Shown here: positions 9,919 through 18,925 of the stretch, piece by piece | How positions within the stretch are numbered: position 1 is the first letter of the stretch | Layout: each line of letters starts with the position of its first letter | Virus record (IMG/VR): IMGVR_UViG_3300031673_000017 | Span: 1-64,000 of that record | Strand: one strand, 5' to 3' | Length of the DNA stretch: 64,000 nucleotides | Source: a virus | Taxonomy: Duplodnaviria > Caudoviricetes | Made by a program: the position numbers and the translations under genes | Notes under the pieces: generated by a model | What the model was told of the DNA's origin: nothing | Databases searched by the model: none | The model's input: only the letters and a program-made list of their open reading frames with translations

Positions 9919-10473
9919 CTATATTAAATATTGTTCTAATTTTGTGATTCTGGTTTGCAATCTTTTTATTTCTGATTCTGTAGAGTGTGTATTTGATTTT
10001 CTTTTTCTTTCTTCCGAAAACTTTTTTCCTAAGTGGGCTTCTCTCATTTTCTTCTTTGTTTCTTCCGAAACGGGGCTGAATTTTTTCCCTTTAAGTGCTT
10101 GCCTTATTTTTTCCTTGTGCTCTTTTGAAAGAGGGTTTTTTCTGCCTCTTACATTTTCTTTTTGATTTTCAGTCCATTTATAGCCACTCACACCCTCGCC
10201 ACCATTTGTTAAATTATATCCATTAGGAACTAAAGAATCAAATTGCCTAATAAACTCAATTTCTTTTTGTTTTACTTCTTCGAGATTTGCAGTTCTAAAA
10301 ATAATCTGTGACTCAAAACATTCTTTTCCATATTTACGAATAGCATTATGAAAAGCTGATTTATCTTTAGCCCAACAATGAACATGCCATCGTCTTTTAG
10401 GATTTGCAGACCATCCAATATATGGCTTTCCAGTTACTAAACAAATATGAATATAAACATAATAATATTTCAT
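9919..10473 (-). mobile_element. Free-standing GIY-YIG homing endonuclease with NUMOD3-like repeats
   Basis: YYVYIHICLVTGKPYIGWS...FHNAIRKYG...EIEFIRQF...NGYNLTNGGEG, then SKEHKEKIRQALKGK / SEETKKKMREAHLGKKFSEE. Confidence 0.9.
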
Positions 10474-10477
10474 TTAA

Positions 10478-12805
10478 TTATCCAACAACATCTTGAATTT
10501 CATTAGCATTACGCCTCATTATATTTACTACGGTTCGTTCGCCATCACCAGTGCTTAAATATTCTTGAACCATCGAGTAATCCATCACGTTGATTATTTT
10601 TATTGGTGTCTTGCTGCTACCATTGTCGCCTTCAGTTCTTATACCAAGCCGTCCTTGATTGTCTCTTCCTAACGGCATTATTGCTTCTTTTCCGGCTTCT
10701 CCACCTAATCCAATCCCGCCGTTTGACATTGGAAAAATTGTAGGGCTTGCTAAAATATCGCCTTTTGCAAAAGGAACTATAGAGCCATTGCTAAATATAT
10801 TCCCCTTCGCACTTGCTCCCCATGTTCCTGCACCAGCACCAGCACCAGCACCAGCAGCACCAGCACCAGCACCAGCACCAAAAATACCAGCAATTCCGCC
10901 ACCAATACCTAACATTAATTTTACTGATTGGAGCATTAATTCTTGAGCAATCATATCTGCTGCAAGTTGTGCGAAAGATGCTCCAATACTTGCAAAAACT
11001 GAATCCATAGCATCACTGAGACTTTCACCTTCAGTAATCATGTTTTTAAAAGCAGAAGACAAACTTGCTTCTGTTGCATCACCAACACCACCAAGCCCAT
11101 CTAATATAGCCTTTTGCCTATCTGCTTCATATTCCAAAAGGTCATCATAATATCTTGTAGCATCTGATTTCTGAGCTTTTTGATATGCTAATGCTTCATC
11201 TGAAGCTATCTTCATTTCTGTATCAATTTCGCCCTTTTTAGCGGAATACCATTGGTCTAAAAGTTCTTTATCTTTGATGAATGTTGCGTAATCTTCCTTT
11301 TCGTAGTTAAGAAGTTTAAGCCGATTTTCATAACTGGCATTTCCCATCTCACCAAGATCATCATACATCCTTCGGTATGCTTCTGTTTGATCCCTTGCTG
11401 CCTGCTTAATTTTTTCTGCTTCTTCTGCTGCACCAGTGTCTACTTTCGCTGTTGGGATTTGTATAGGCCCAACAAATTCCTTTTCTGCTATATCTTTCAT
11501 TACTGATTTCTGAATTTTAGCAAATTCTTTAGCAGCGTTTACGAGATCGTCAGCCTCCTTTTTCCTACTTAGATTAAATTTTGTAATTATATCTGGCTCT
11601 TCAAGTTGGGCATTTATTTCAGCTTGTGCATTCTTTTGAGCATTGACCATCGATGTCCAACCAAATTTCCACTCTTTAGCAAGCAATGACATACCTTGAA
11701 GCCAAGTATTAACTTGCGGTGCGATTCCCTCACCCAAATCACGTTTGATACTAATCCATAACTCTCTGTTTTTAGCAAGTGCTATCTCAGTTGTAGCAGC
11801 ATTCTTTCGATATGCTATTTCTGCCAGCCCCGCAGCGTTCAATGCTTTTTTATGGTCACCAATTAAAGCTACTACGTTCTTTCTTGTAGCTTCTGATCCG
11901 AGAAGAGCACGAACATTAGGGAATATTGCTGCTGTCTCTTCAATAGTAGCGTTTGCAAGGAGTTGCATTGCTCCAGTCATGCCAATGGTACGCAACGTAT
12001 TTGAGTTTAATTCTAATCCGAATATCTTAGCAGCAGCAACTGCTTCTTTCGTGGGGCTAACAAATCCTGTAAGCATTGCCTTTAATGCAGTCATTGCCAT
12101 GTCTGCATTAATACCCATTCTCGTCATAGTCGCAATGGATGCTGAAACTTCTTCTAACGATAATCCGGCCGTCGCTGCGATAGCTACAACTTTTCCTATA
12201 GAGCCGCCTAATTCTGCAAAGGTTAATTTGCCACCTTTTACAGTAGCGAACAAAACATCACTTACCTTTGTAGCGTCCCCGGCTTCCATACCATAAGCAT
12301 TCATAACAGTTGTAAGTGTATCAGCAGCAACTGCTGTTGTAGTAAGGCCACCTATTGCTGCTTTAGATGCTGCTCTAAGAACACCTACAGCATCTGCTGC
12401 ACCAACAGATGCAGATAGAATATCATATAAACCTTTAGAGAGTGTTTCAGTTGTTTGCCCAAATTCAACTGCTAAACTTGCGAGCTGTGCTTTGTAACCA
12501 GGGAGAAAGTCCATCGTCTGATCATCGAGCATGGTTGAAATATTTGCAAGTTGTGTTTCAAAAGCTGCAAATTCTTTTACTGATGATACTGCAAATCTTA
12601 ATCCTTTATATACTGCAGCAAGTCCAACCATACCTACAGCGAAAGTCTTCATTTGTGTGCCGAGACTTTTGAAAGATTTCTCGTTAGACTTTACACCAAC
12701 ATCGACTTCTTTCGCACTGCGTTTAATTTTCTTAGCAGCATCGTCGAATTGTTTAGCTCCATATTGGGCACGGAGGGCGTTAATGGCAACATCAAGTGAA
12801 GGAAT
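10478..12805 (-). CDS. Tail tape measure protein (TP901-type core, lambda-like C-terminus), probable ATT start at 12805
   Basis: FETQLANISTML...TVKGGKLTFAELGGSIGKV core; C-terminal AKGNIF...PFAKG...GEAGKEAIMPL. The frame is open 51 codons upstream of the track ATG (12652), to ATT CCT TCA CTT GAT GTT GCC ATT AAC (IPSLDVAINA). Confidence 0.9.
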   Translation of the reverse strand: MPSLDVAINALRAQYGAKQFDDAAKKIKRSAKEVDVGVKSNEKSFKSLGTQMKTFAVGMVGLAAVYKGLRFAVSSVKEFAAFETQLANISTMLDDQTMDFLPGYKAQLASLAVEFGQTTETLSKGLYDILSASVGAADAVGVLRAASKAAIGGLTTTAVAADTLTTVMNAYGMEAGDATKVSDVLFATVKGGKLTFAELGGSIGKVVAIAATAGLSLEEVSASIATMTRMGINADMAMTALKAMLTGFVSPTKEAVAAAKIFGLELNSNTLRTIGMTGAMQLLANATIEETAAIFPNVRALLGSEATRKNVVALIGDHKKALNAAGLAEIAYRKNAATTEIALAKNRELWISIKRDLGEGIAPQVNTWLQGMSLLAKEWKFGWTSMVNAQKNAQAEINAQLEEPDIITKFNLSRKKEADDLVNAAKEFAKIQKSVMKDIAEKEFVGPIQIPTAKVDTGAAEEAEKIKQAARDQTEAYRRMYDDLGEMGNASYENRLKLLNYEKEDYATFIKDKELLDQWYSAKKGEIDTEMKIASDEALAYQKAQKSDATRYYDDLLEYEADRQKAILDGLGGVGDATEASLSSAFKNMITEGESLSDAMDSVFASIGASFAQLAADMIAQELMLQSVKLMLGIGGGIAGIFGAGAGAGAAGAGAGAGAGTWGASAKGNIFSNGSIVPFAKGDILASPTIFPMSNGGIGLGGEAGKEAIMPLGRDNQGRLGIRTEGDNGSSKTPIKIINVMDYSMVQEYLSTGDGERTVVNIMRRNANEIQDVVG
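10830..10880. repeat. (GCACCA)4-GCA-(GCACCA)4 microsatellite encoding a Gly-Ala run in the tape measure protein
   Basis: Read directly from the sequence; encodes GAGAGAGAAGAGAGAGA. Confidence 0.95.
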
Positions 12806-12823
12806 TTTAATAACCTACCTTTT

Positions 12824-13183
12824 CTAAATCTTTATATGTTTTTCTCGCATAAATTTAATATATTCTTCATCCATGATGCGAATAAAGTGGGCAACTTCTT
12901 GTCGCCTTTCGACATTAAAAATTCCATTTAAATTTAACCAAGATTCTATTTCAGAAAATAGAATATATCCATAGTTAGTTACACTTCTTAGGCCAGACTT
13001 TGTATTTATTACAATAATCTGATTGTTTCTTGATGAAGATAAAGCAGCAAAAGCATCCCAAATAAAAAGTAAATCATTATGTAGTTTTGGCTTTGGATGT
13101 TTCCCTTCTTTTCCAACTGCTTTCAACTTACTATACCAGACTCCCCACTCTATATTCCAGAGTAGGAAGTTTATTAGTTTTTT
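12824..13183 (-). CDS. Tail assembly chaperone, frameshifted C-terminal part (gpT-like)
   Basis: The -1 frame after the slippery site reads KKLINFLLWNIEWGVWYSKLKAVGKEGKHPKPKLH...IWDAFAALSSSR, continuous with track ORF 12824..13126. Confidence 0.75.
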   Translation of the reverse strand, partial: KKLINFLLWNIEWGVWYSKLKAVGKEGKHPKPKLHNDLLFIWDAFAALSSSRNNQIIVINTKSGLRSVTNYGYILFSEIESWLNLNGIFNVERRQEVAHFIRIMDEEYIKFMREKHIKI

Positions 13184-13578
13184 TCCGAGTCTTTAACTAA
13201 ATCTTTTTTATACTGGTCTGCATTTTCTGATATTGCAACGACGAAAGTATGAAAATCCTTCAACTCTGGATCTCTAAAAAATTCCATTGCTTTATCAGGA
13301 GAATACGGTATGGTTGCACCATTATTATCTTCAATATTTTTCCAATCTAAAAGAACAGTGTGTGCTCGCACTTCTAAAAGAACATCGGAGAGTTGTTCAA
13401 TTGTTAGTTTATCGCCTCTTATATCTTTCTTTTTTGGTTCAACAAGATTACGAAGTAGCTCTTGATATTTTGGGTTACGAGCACGAGCAATTTTTAACTT
13501 GATTCCTTCTGCGAAATCAACCCAAACTCCGCCTTCTTCTTTCTTAACATCTGTCTTAATACTTTCGATGTTCGCCAT
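13174..13578 (-). CDS. Tail assembly chaperone (gpG-like)
   Basis: Lies between tail tube and tape measure; EEGGVWVDF...LKIARARNPKY...VLLDWKNIED...IPYSPDKAMEFF. Confidence 0.85.
   Translation of the reverse strand: MANIESIKTDVKKEEGGVWVDFAEGIKLKIARARNPKYQELLRNLVEPKKKDIRGDKLTIEQLSDVLLEVRAHTVLLDWKNIEDNNGATIPYSPDKAMEFFRDPELKDFHTFVVAISENADQYKKDLVKDSEKN
13177..13183 (-). promoter_or_regulatory. Programmed -1 ribosomal frameshift heptamer A AAA AAC
   Basis: Minus strand TCG GAA AAA AAC TAA: an X XXY YYZ heptamer immediately before the chaperone stop codon, in the canonical position upstream of the tape measure gene. Confidence 0.8.
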
Positions 13579-13649
13579 TTTTAAGTCCTCCTCGAAATTG
13601 TTAATAATTAAAGTGTTATACTACTTTATTTTTAATATTCATGTAAGAA

Positions 13650-14873
13650 TTAAGCTATGCCTGTTAAACTACCAGCAAGTATTACTACAGCAGCAATGCT
13701 ACCTTCAAAATATTCTGAAACTGGGAATCTTGCAATACGAATTGATATTTTTTCAGTTGCATCCATATATGCATGGAACTCAAAATCACCAATAACATCA
13801 GTATTTATACCACCAGCATTTCTCGTCCCATCGATAATTTTAACAGATGGAAGTTCAATAACATAACCATTTCCATCTGCATCCCTCACAGCAAGAACTA
13901 TCGATGTAACATCCTGGTCTAAATATTTATCGAATAAATCTGCTGTTAATAAATGAAGTGATATTGATCCAGTTATCTCAACAGTTCCAAACCCCATACT
14001 CGCGACGCCGAGAGTTCCAACTTGTAATCTTGTTCTTAAATTATTATTAATGTTCAGCGAAAGACTAAGAATTGCAACGTCTTCTAAATTCTCTAAAATA
14101 TCTGTGACATGATTAGCCCCAGTCATTATTACTGAAGTAGTCTCGTCGTCATATCCACTTCCTGCAGAAGCTGTAAGCGATTCTTCAGCAGAACCCATAA
14201 AACCGAAATTTCCTTTTATGATTCCATCTGCTGGAATTTCCAACGACATTGTATTTATACTCATTCCTTTAAGTAATGATAAAACATTTGATATGTCTTT
14301 GAAATCTTTTTCAATATTGTAACTCACAAGAGTTATTCCATTAGTGATTTGTGAACCCATCTTAACTGTTATTGCACTGCCTGCAGCTTCAGTTACTAAA
14401 GTCCCATTCGCTAATACTAATTTAGCTGATGTCTTACTACTTATTTTAAAGAAGCCGTTATTGGCCGTGGTAGAAAATCCTGATACATAAATCCATTGAC
14501 CTGTTACAAAACTACCAAAACCACTACTGGAATCATTTAATGAATTATCAGTAGATGATACACTAATAGTTGAACTGTGTGTTATCCTAACTTCTGTTGA
14601 CCAGCCAGAATCATCAAGTAGTGCTGCTTTAAGAAAGTCGTCATGTGAACCATAACTCAATTCGAAATCAATGGCACCACTTGCACTTAATCCTATTCTT
14701 GCTACATCAGAAATTTGCCTATCACTGCGAATTTCTTCACTTATCGTTGTAGCCATATCTTGTTTCAACGATTCACTATTATATCTAAGAATTTGTAAAT
14801 TGGAACCTGTTTCTTTAACTCCAAAATCACCTTCTTCAACATAGGCTAATTGTACTCTGTTAGCATCAGACAT
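13650..14873 (-). CDS. Major tail tube protein with an inserted beta domain and one C-terminal repeat unit
   Basis: MSDANRVQLAYVEE...LRYNSESLKQ...SEEIRSDRQISD...SGAIDFELSYGSHDDFLKAAL...YNIEKDF...INTMSLEI...ITGSISLHL...YVIELPSVKI. Confidence 0.85.
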   Translation of the reverse strand: MSDANRVQLAYVEEGDFGVKETGSNLQILRYNSESLKQDMATTISEEIRSDRQISDVARIGLSASGAIDFELSYGSHDDFLKAALLDDSGWSTEVRITHSSTISVSSTDNSLNDSSSGFGSFVTGQWIYVSGFSTTANNGFFKISSKTSAKLVLANGTLVTEAAGSAITVKMGSQITNGITLVSYNIEKDFKDISNVLSLLKGMSINTMSLEIPADGIIKGNFGFMGSAEESLTASAGSGYDDETTSVIMTGANHVTDILENLEDVAILSLSLNINNNLRTRLQVGTLGVASMGFGTVEITGSISLHLLTADLFDKYLDQDVTSIVLAVRDADGNGYVIELPSVKIIDGTRNAGGINTDVIGDFEFHAYMDATEKISIRIARFPVSEYFEGSIAAVVILAGSLTGIA

Positions 14874-14931
14874 TTTTACGCTCCTTTTTTATTTTTTATT
14901 TGTGTTATTATTGTTTTTATTTTATTGGCTA

Positions 14932-15468
14932 TTAATTATTCCATAAATAACCAGTAACAGAATAAAGTTCAGAATCTGAGGAACCTTTTAATTCTGGTTG
15001 TGTGTCAAAAACACAAGTATTAGCTGTTGCAACAACACAGCTGCCGCCTAATCGCACTGTGTTCAATCTGATACAGGATATATCAGAAGCTTCTGTAATA
15101 GAACTAATTAAGTTCTGTTGCGAATCAAGATTACCATTAGCTATTCCAGAAACTGTTGTTATAGAACTAACTATTTCAGATAGGAGATCAAACCCACCAG
15201 AAACATCTGCTATTATAGCAGCTAATCCATTTAGTTCAGCTTCAAGTTCTAAAGCACCTGCTGAGTTTGCTGCTTCTGCTACTGAACTTATTAACGCTGT
15301 TGTCTCTCCGAGTATGCCTAAAAGTCCAGCAACACCCGCACTGTTAACAGCGGAAGCACCACCAAAATTAATGTAATTAGAATATGTACTTAGCCTATAA
15401 ATTGCATTTTCAACTTTTCTAATCGCGTCCACGATCATTTTAGCTATTTCGTTACGTTGGTCACCCAT
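14932..15468 (-). CDS. Stand-alone protein made mostly of the ~20-aa S/I/G repeat
   Basis: LISSVAEAANSAGALELEAELNGLAAIIADVSGGFDLLSEIVSSITTVSGIANGNLDSQQNLISSITEASDISC; same repeat as in 4983..8006 and 16334..17728. Confidence 0.7.
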   Translation of the reverse strand: MGDQRNEIAKMIVDAIRKVENAIYRLSTYSNYINFGGASAVNSAGVAGLLGILGETTALISSVAEAANSAGALELEAELNGLAAIIADVSGGFDLLSEIVSSITTVSGIANGNLDSQQNLISSITEASDISCIRLNTVRLGGSCVVATANTCVFDTQPELKGSSDSELYSVTGYLWNN

Positions 15469-15525
15469 TTTACGTCGCCTTTCTTATTTTTTGGTTTGTT
15501 TAATTTTTAAATTATTTCTTAAACT

Positions 15526-15921
15526 TTATTCATCATAATGAAATGGACATGTTACTGTCACTTGATAATTATCATCCACTCTTCCATTTTTAGCGATTCT
15601 CGGAACATTAAAAATAACTGAGTTATCAACATCTATTGACCTAAATGCAGTTGCTATTCTATCAGCAGCTACAAGAAGATTACTCATTCCTAATCCTACT
15701 TCTTGTTTAATTCTTACAGTTAAATTTCCGATATTACGATAGGAGTTTATACCTATTTCTTTTTGTTGTGAATCTCCAAAATCAATTAATACCTCACACC
15801 AAAGCCCAGATGTTGGGGTAGCACGTGGATCGTCGTCATAACGGACAACATATCCATAGACTACAGCAACAGCAGCAGCAAAATATGTATTAATAGAATT
15901 AGCTAAACTTTGAAAACCCAT
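15526..15921 (-). CDS. Tail terminator protein
   Basis: Position before the tail tube gene; VRYDD...WCEVLIDFGDSQQKEIG...YRNIGNLTVRI...YQVTVTCPFHYD. Confidence 0.7.
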   Translation of the reverse strand: MGFQSLANSINTYFAAAVAVVYGYVVRYDDDPRATPTSGLWCEVLIDFGDSQQKEIGINSYRNIGNLTVRIKQEVGLGMSNLLVAADRIATAFRSIDVDNSVIFNVPRIAKNGRVDDNYQVTVTCPFHYDE

Positions 15922-16328
15922 TATTTAATTCCTGATAGCCACGCTGCCATCTCTGTTAAAGTTATTTCTAAAAATCCTTCTGGATGCTGAGGACTTCTGC
16001 GAACATATTCTAAATATTCGATATATTCCAAATTATTGGTAATATGTACTAACGAAAATGGAGGTATTGTTGCTAATTTTGAAGCTCCACTATTGATAGC
16101 AAAATCAGCCATCGCACCTTCAGTACCTTCTACGATAAGAGATGAGTTTGCTGCTCTACCAATTTCAACTTGCCAGTTACCTCTTGCACGTCCTGTATCG
16201 ACCGGAGTTCTAAGAACTATTCTTTTTAATACTTCAAGACATACCTGCTTATAAAATTTATTCATGTCTCCATGAATTCTTTTGGATGCAACATCAAGTG
16301 CGACGTTAAAATTTATTAAGTTTGACAT
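15921..16328 (-). CDS. HK97 gp10-like tail completion / neck protein
   Basis: RTPVDTGRARGNWQVEIG...ITNNLEYIEYLE...PEGFLEITL. Confidence 0.85.
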   Translation of the reverse strand: MSNLINFNVALDVASKRIHGDMNKFYKQVCLEVLKRIVLRTPVDTGRARGNWQVEIGRAANSSLIVEGTEGAMADFAINSGASKLATIPPFSLVHITNNLEYIEYLEYVRRSPQHPEGFLEITLTEMAAWLSGIK

Positions 16329-16333
16329 TAGTT

Positions 16334-17728
16334 TTAGTCACCTGCTTCTACCTCAATAGTATAAAGTAAAATTCCGGTTGAATCTTTTATTTCAGTAATT
16401 CCAGTTACAGTCCATACTTTTGATGCTGAACCGATTATTAATTTCAATCCGACTTTGACATCAAAACGCAAATTATAATTAACGATTCCTGATAGCCCAT
16501 TACCCGATGTTATTAATTCTGCTGGCTTGTAACCTTCTCGATTTTTGTATATTGGAATTATTTTTACTGGAAAATCAACAACATGACTTAAAGTAGTTTT
16601 ATTAGTGCTTGGGTTAAAAGTAGCATCGGGATACGTTCGAACAATTGCGTCAATTCCTTTTCTCTGCAACATATCATACCATTTTTTAGCTGTTGTATTT
16701 TGGCGAAGATGATATAAAATATCTAAGTTGCCAGACGCACTACTTAAAACTACCGACGAGCTTATTAAATTTTGCTGTGCATCAAGAAATCCTATGACAC
16801 CAACAACTTCTGTAATATAACTTATTAAATTAGTTAAAACATCGAGAAAACTTAAAGATGCAGCGACACTTGGAATCTCAACGACATTGCTTCCAATGCC
16901 TGGTTGAGAATCAAGAGAGCTTACTGCCACTGATATTTCTGCTATAGAACTTACTAATTCTGAATCCAGTTCTAAATAACCAACAGTGCTTGCAACTTCT
17001 GAAATATTGCTGACCAATGTAAGCCATAAACTAAGAGAACCAGAAGTACCAGAGTTTACAGTTGCTTCTGAACGGACTAATGTAAACAAAAAATTAAATT
17101 CGCCTGTAACACCTGAAATTATATCTGTTGATCCACGAAGTACAACAGTAGTTGCTAACGTAAACATAGCCCCTGATATATAAGAATCTTCTGTTATTAT
17201 ACTTGCTAAGTATTTTTCATTTCTTAATGTCCCAGAAGTATTAGAAACAATTATTACTTCGCTTGCCACTGGAACAATTAAAGAGCCGTAAGCGTCAAAA
17301 ATTGTAAATGCTGAACCAGATCTACCCCATATTATGCCTTGAAGATCCTCTGTTTGATTTATAACTACTCTTATAAATCTGCCTGTTTTTGTCGTTGCCA
17401 ATTCTTCTACGAAAATTTCAGTATCTTGCCAAGATGATATGCCTGTTGCAACAGCAGATCCCCAATTACCATTCGTTTCAGAAACATAAATATCCACATC
17501 AATAGGATCAAAATCGCCAAAATAAGAACGTCCTTTGAATTTTGTTAGATTATAGAATTTACCATCGTTCTCACCAAGATCAACTACGAAAAAATGTATG
17601 CCACCATCATGGTCTGCATCGTGTTGCCAAACATCTGTTCCACCAAGAGCTTCTGAAAGCGTTCGCATATCATCAGAACCACAACTGCTCTCATAATTTG
17701 AACTATTTATTCCTAACCAGTCTGACAT
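16334..17728 (-). CDS. Head-closure (stopper)-like domain fused to an N-terminal discoidin/F5-8C-like domain and ~9 repeat units
   Basis: N-terminal WQH...FFVVDLGE...VDIYVSETNGNWG...GRFIRVVI; central repeats; C-terminal ~120 aa MLQRKGIDAIVRTY...FNPSTNK...VWTVTGITEIK...LLYTIEV, in the stopper position after the adaptor. Confidence 0.65.
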   Translation of the reverse strand: MSDWLGINSSNYESSCGSDDMRTLSEALGGTDVWQHDADHDGGIHFFVVDLGENDGKFYNLTKFKGRSYFGDFDPIDVDIYVSETNGNWGSAVATGISSWQDTEIFVEELATTKTGRFIRVVINQTEDLQGIIWGRSGSAFTIFDAYGSLIVPVASEVIIVSNTSGTLRNEKYLASIITEDSYISGAMFTLATTVVLRGSTDIISGVTGEFNFLFTLVRSEATVNSGTSGSLSLWLTLVSNISEVASTVGYLELDSELVSSIAEISVAVSSLDSQPGIGSNVVEIPSVAASLSFLDVLTNLISYITEVVGVIGFLDAQQNLISSSVVLSSASGNLDILYHLRQNTTAKKWYDMLQRKGIDAIVRTYPDATFNPSTNKTTLSHVVDFPVKIIPIYKNREGYKPAELITSGNGLSGIVNYNLRFDVKVGLKLIIGSASKVWTVTGITEIKDSTGILLYTIEVEAGD

Positions 17729-17943
17729 TAGTTAACCTTAAAGAATAAAATTAATAATGCGATGCCTAAATTAAACATTCCGGTTGCCCCTGCTGCTACG
17801 CAGACCAATGTTATTGCCCAATGATGTCGTAAATGATTGGTTTGATTAATAATCACAGTTCGCAATTTTTCTATAATTATAATGGACCGTTCCTCTTCTG
17901 TGAGATTTTTTAAGTCTTGATATTCTGGCAATGTATTTTCCAT
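17728..17943 (-). CDS. Small protein with a C-terminal transmembrane segment (possibly holin-like)
   Basis: Start MENTLP after GAGGT; C-terminal WAITLVCVAAGATGMFNLGIALLILFFK. Confidence 0.45.
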   Translation of the reverse strand: MENTLPEYQDLKNLTEEERSIIIIEKLRTVIINQTNHLRHHWAITLVCVAAGATGMFNLGIALLILFFKVN

Positions 17944-17944
17944 A

Positions 17945-18475
17945 TTAACCTCTTTCCAATTCAGTTGAACTAAACGAAGAGCCATTTATTATCCACCATG
18001 CAATTAGTTTCTCTGCAATGGTATATGTTTTTTCTGGGTTTTCTCCACTAACATATTCCCGTTCTTCTGTAATTGGGCCTATTACGTCTTTAGTCCTTTT
18101 TACTTTAGAATCATTTTGAAAATCTTCCAACAAAGTATCTCCTTCGATAACTTTTACAGCAAGATATGCACATGCTTGTTTTAGCTTTTCAGGTATTGTA
18201 TCTTCACTTATGTAATTATCATCTTCATCATACATCTCATAGCGTGGCCATTGAAGTCCTTGGTCTGCATCATATTTCCATCCGTCCCATGTATAATTAA
18301 GATCTAAATATCGAGTCGCTTGTCGAATAGCGTTCTCTTTTTCTGCTTGCGTTGCTGCTGTCCAATTTGCAGAATTACCGTAGTCTTCTGTTATTTGGTC
18401 TGCTTCAGAAACTTCAAGATAAGCATTTGAATCTGAATACGCTCCACCATCTTCTACTACGAATGTTGCTGTCAT
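17945..18475 (-). CDS. Head-tail adaptor (DnaT-like family)
   Basis: FVVEDG...SNAYLEVSEAD...AIRQATRYLD...WDGWK...QGLQWPR...IPEKLKQACAYLA...KDVIGPITEEREY. Confidence 0.85.
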   Translation of the reverse strand: MTATFVVEDGGAYSDSNAYLEVSEADQITEDYGNSANWTAATQAEKENAIRQATRYLDLNYTWDGWKYDADQGLQWPRYEMYDEDDNYISEDTIPEKLKQACAYLAVKVIEGDTLLEDFQNDSKVKRTKDVIGPITEEREYVSGENPEKTYTIAEKLIAWWIINGSSFSSTELERG

Positions 18476-18568
18476 TTTATCCTCGTATTATATGGTTATA
18501 ATTCCAGTGGACCGACTACCGCCGCCCACTAAATCTAATAAATAGATATTTTTAATAATTTATTTTAT

Positions 18569-18799
18569 TTACTCTGTTTGCTCTGCTTCAATTTCTTCAG
18601 CACTAAGTTGTTCTGCTGTTTCAATTTCGCCTTCAGTTTTTTCTTCGTCTGTTTTTGTGTCTTCAGTTTTTGTGTCGTCATTGGATTTTAAATCAACAAT
18701 ATCCCAACCTCGTTTGCAATAAAAATCTAATGCATTTCTCTTTGGAACTTTCAATTCTCTTTTATCCGCTTTATTTCTTATAGTAACTGCGTGTAACAT
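18569..18799 (-). CDS. Hypothetical small protein with an acidic tail, downstream of the coat gene
   Basis: MLHAVTIRNK...; start after GAAAGGA. Confidence 0.55.
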   Translation of the reverse strand: MLHAVTIRNKADKRELKVPKRNALDFYCKRGWDIVDLKSNDDTKTEDTKTDEEKTEGEIETAEQLSAEEIEAEQTE

Positions 18800-18830
18800 T
18801 TTTATCCTTTCAAAAATTATAATTACAACC

Positions 18831-18865
18831 AAAAAAAGTTAGTGGAAGCCTTAACCTCCACTAAC
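18831..18865 (-). terminator. Rho-independent terminator after the major capsid gene
   Basis: Minus strand GTTAGTGGAGG-TTAAGGC-TTCCACTAAC followed by TTTTTTT. Confidence 0.85.
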
Positions 18866-18925
18866 CTCTGAGGAGGACTACTACCTGGCGGCGATGCCCG
18901 GATTAAAACTAAATTAAATCAGATG

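Noticed and set aside
18504-18530. GC-rich hairpin AGTGGGCGGC-GGTA-GTCGGTCCACT before the adaptor gene as a terminator
   Set aside because: No U tract follows. It could be a stability hairpin, but no function can be supported.
18866-18900. CCTCC upstream of the capsid terminator pairing with its GGAGG arm as an antiterminator
   Set aside because: Only 5 bp against a 9-10 bp terminator stem; too weak without folding calculations.
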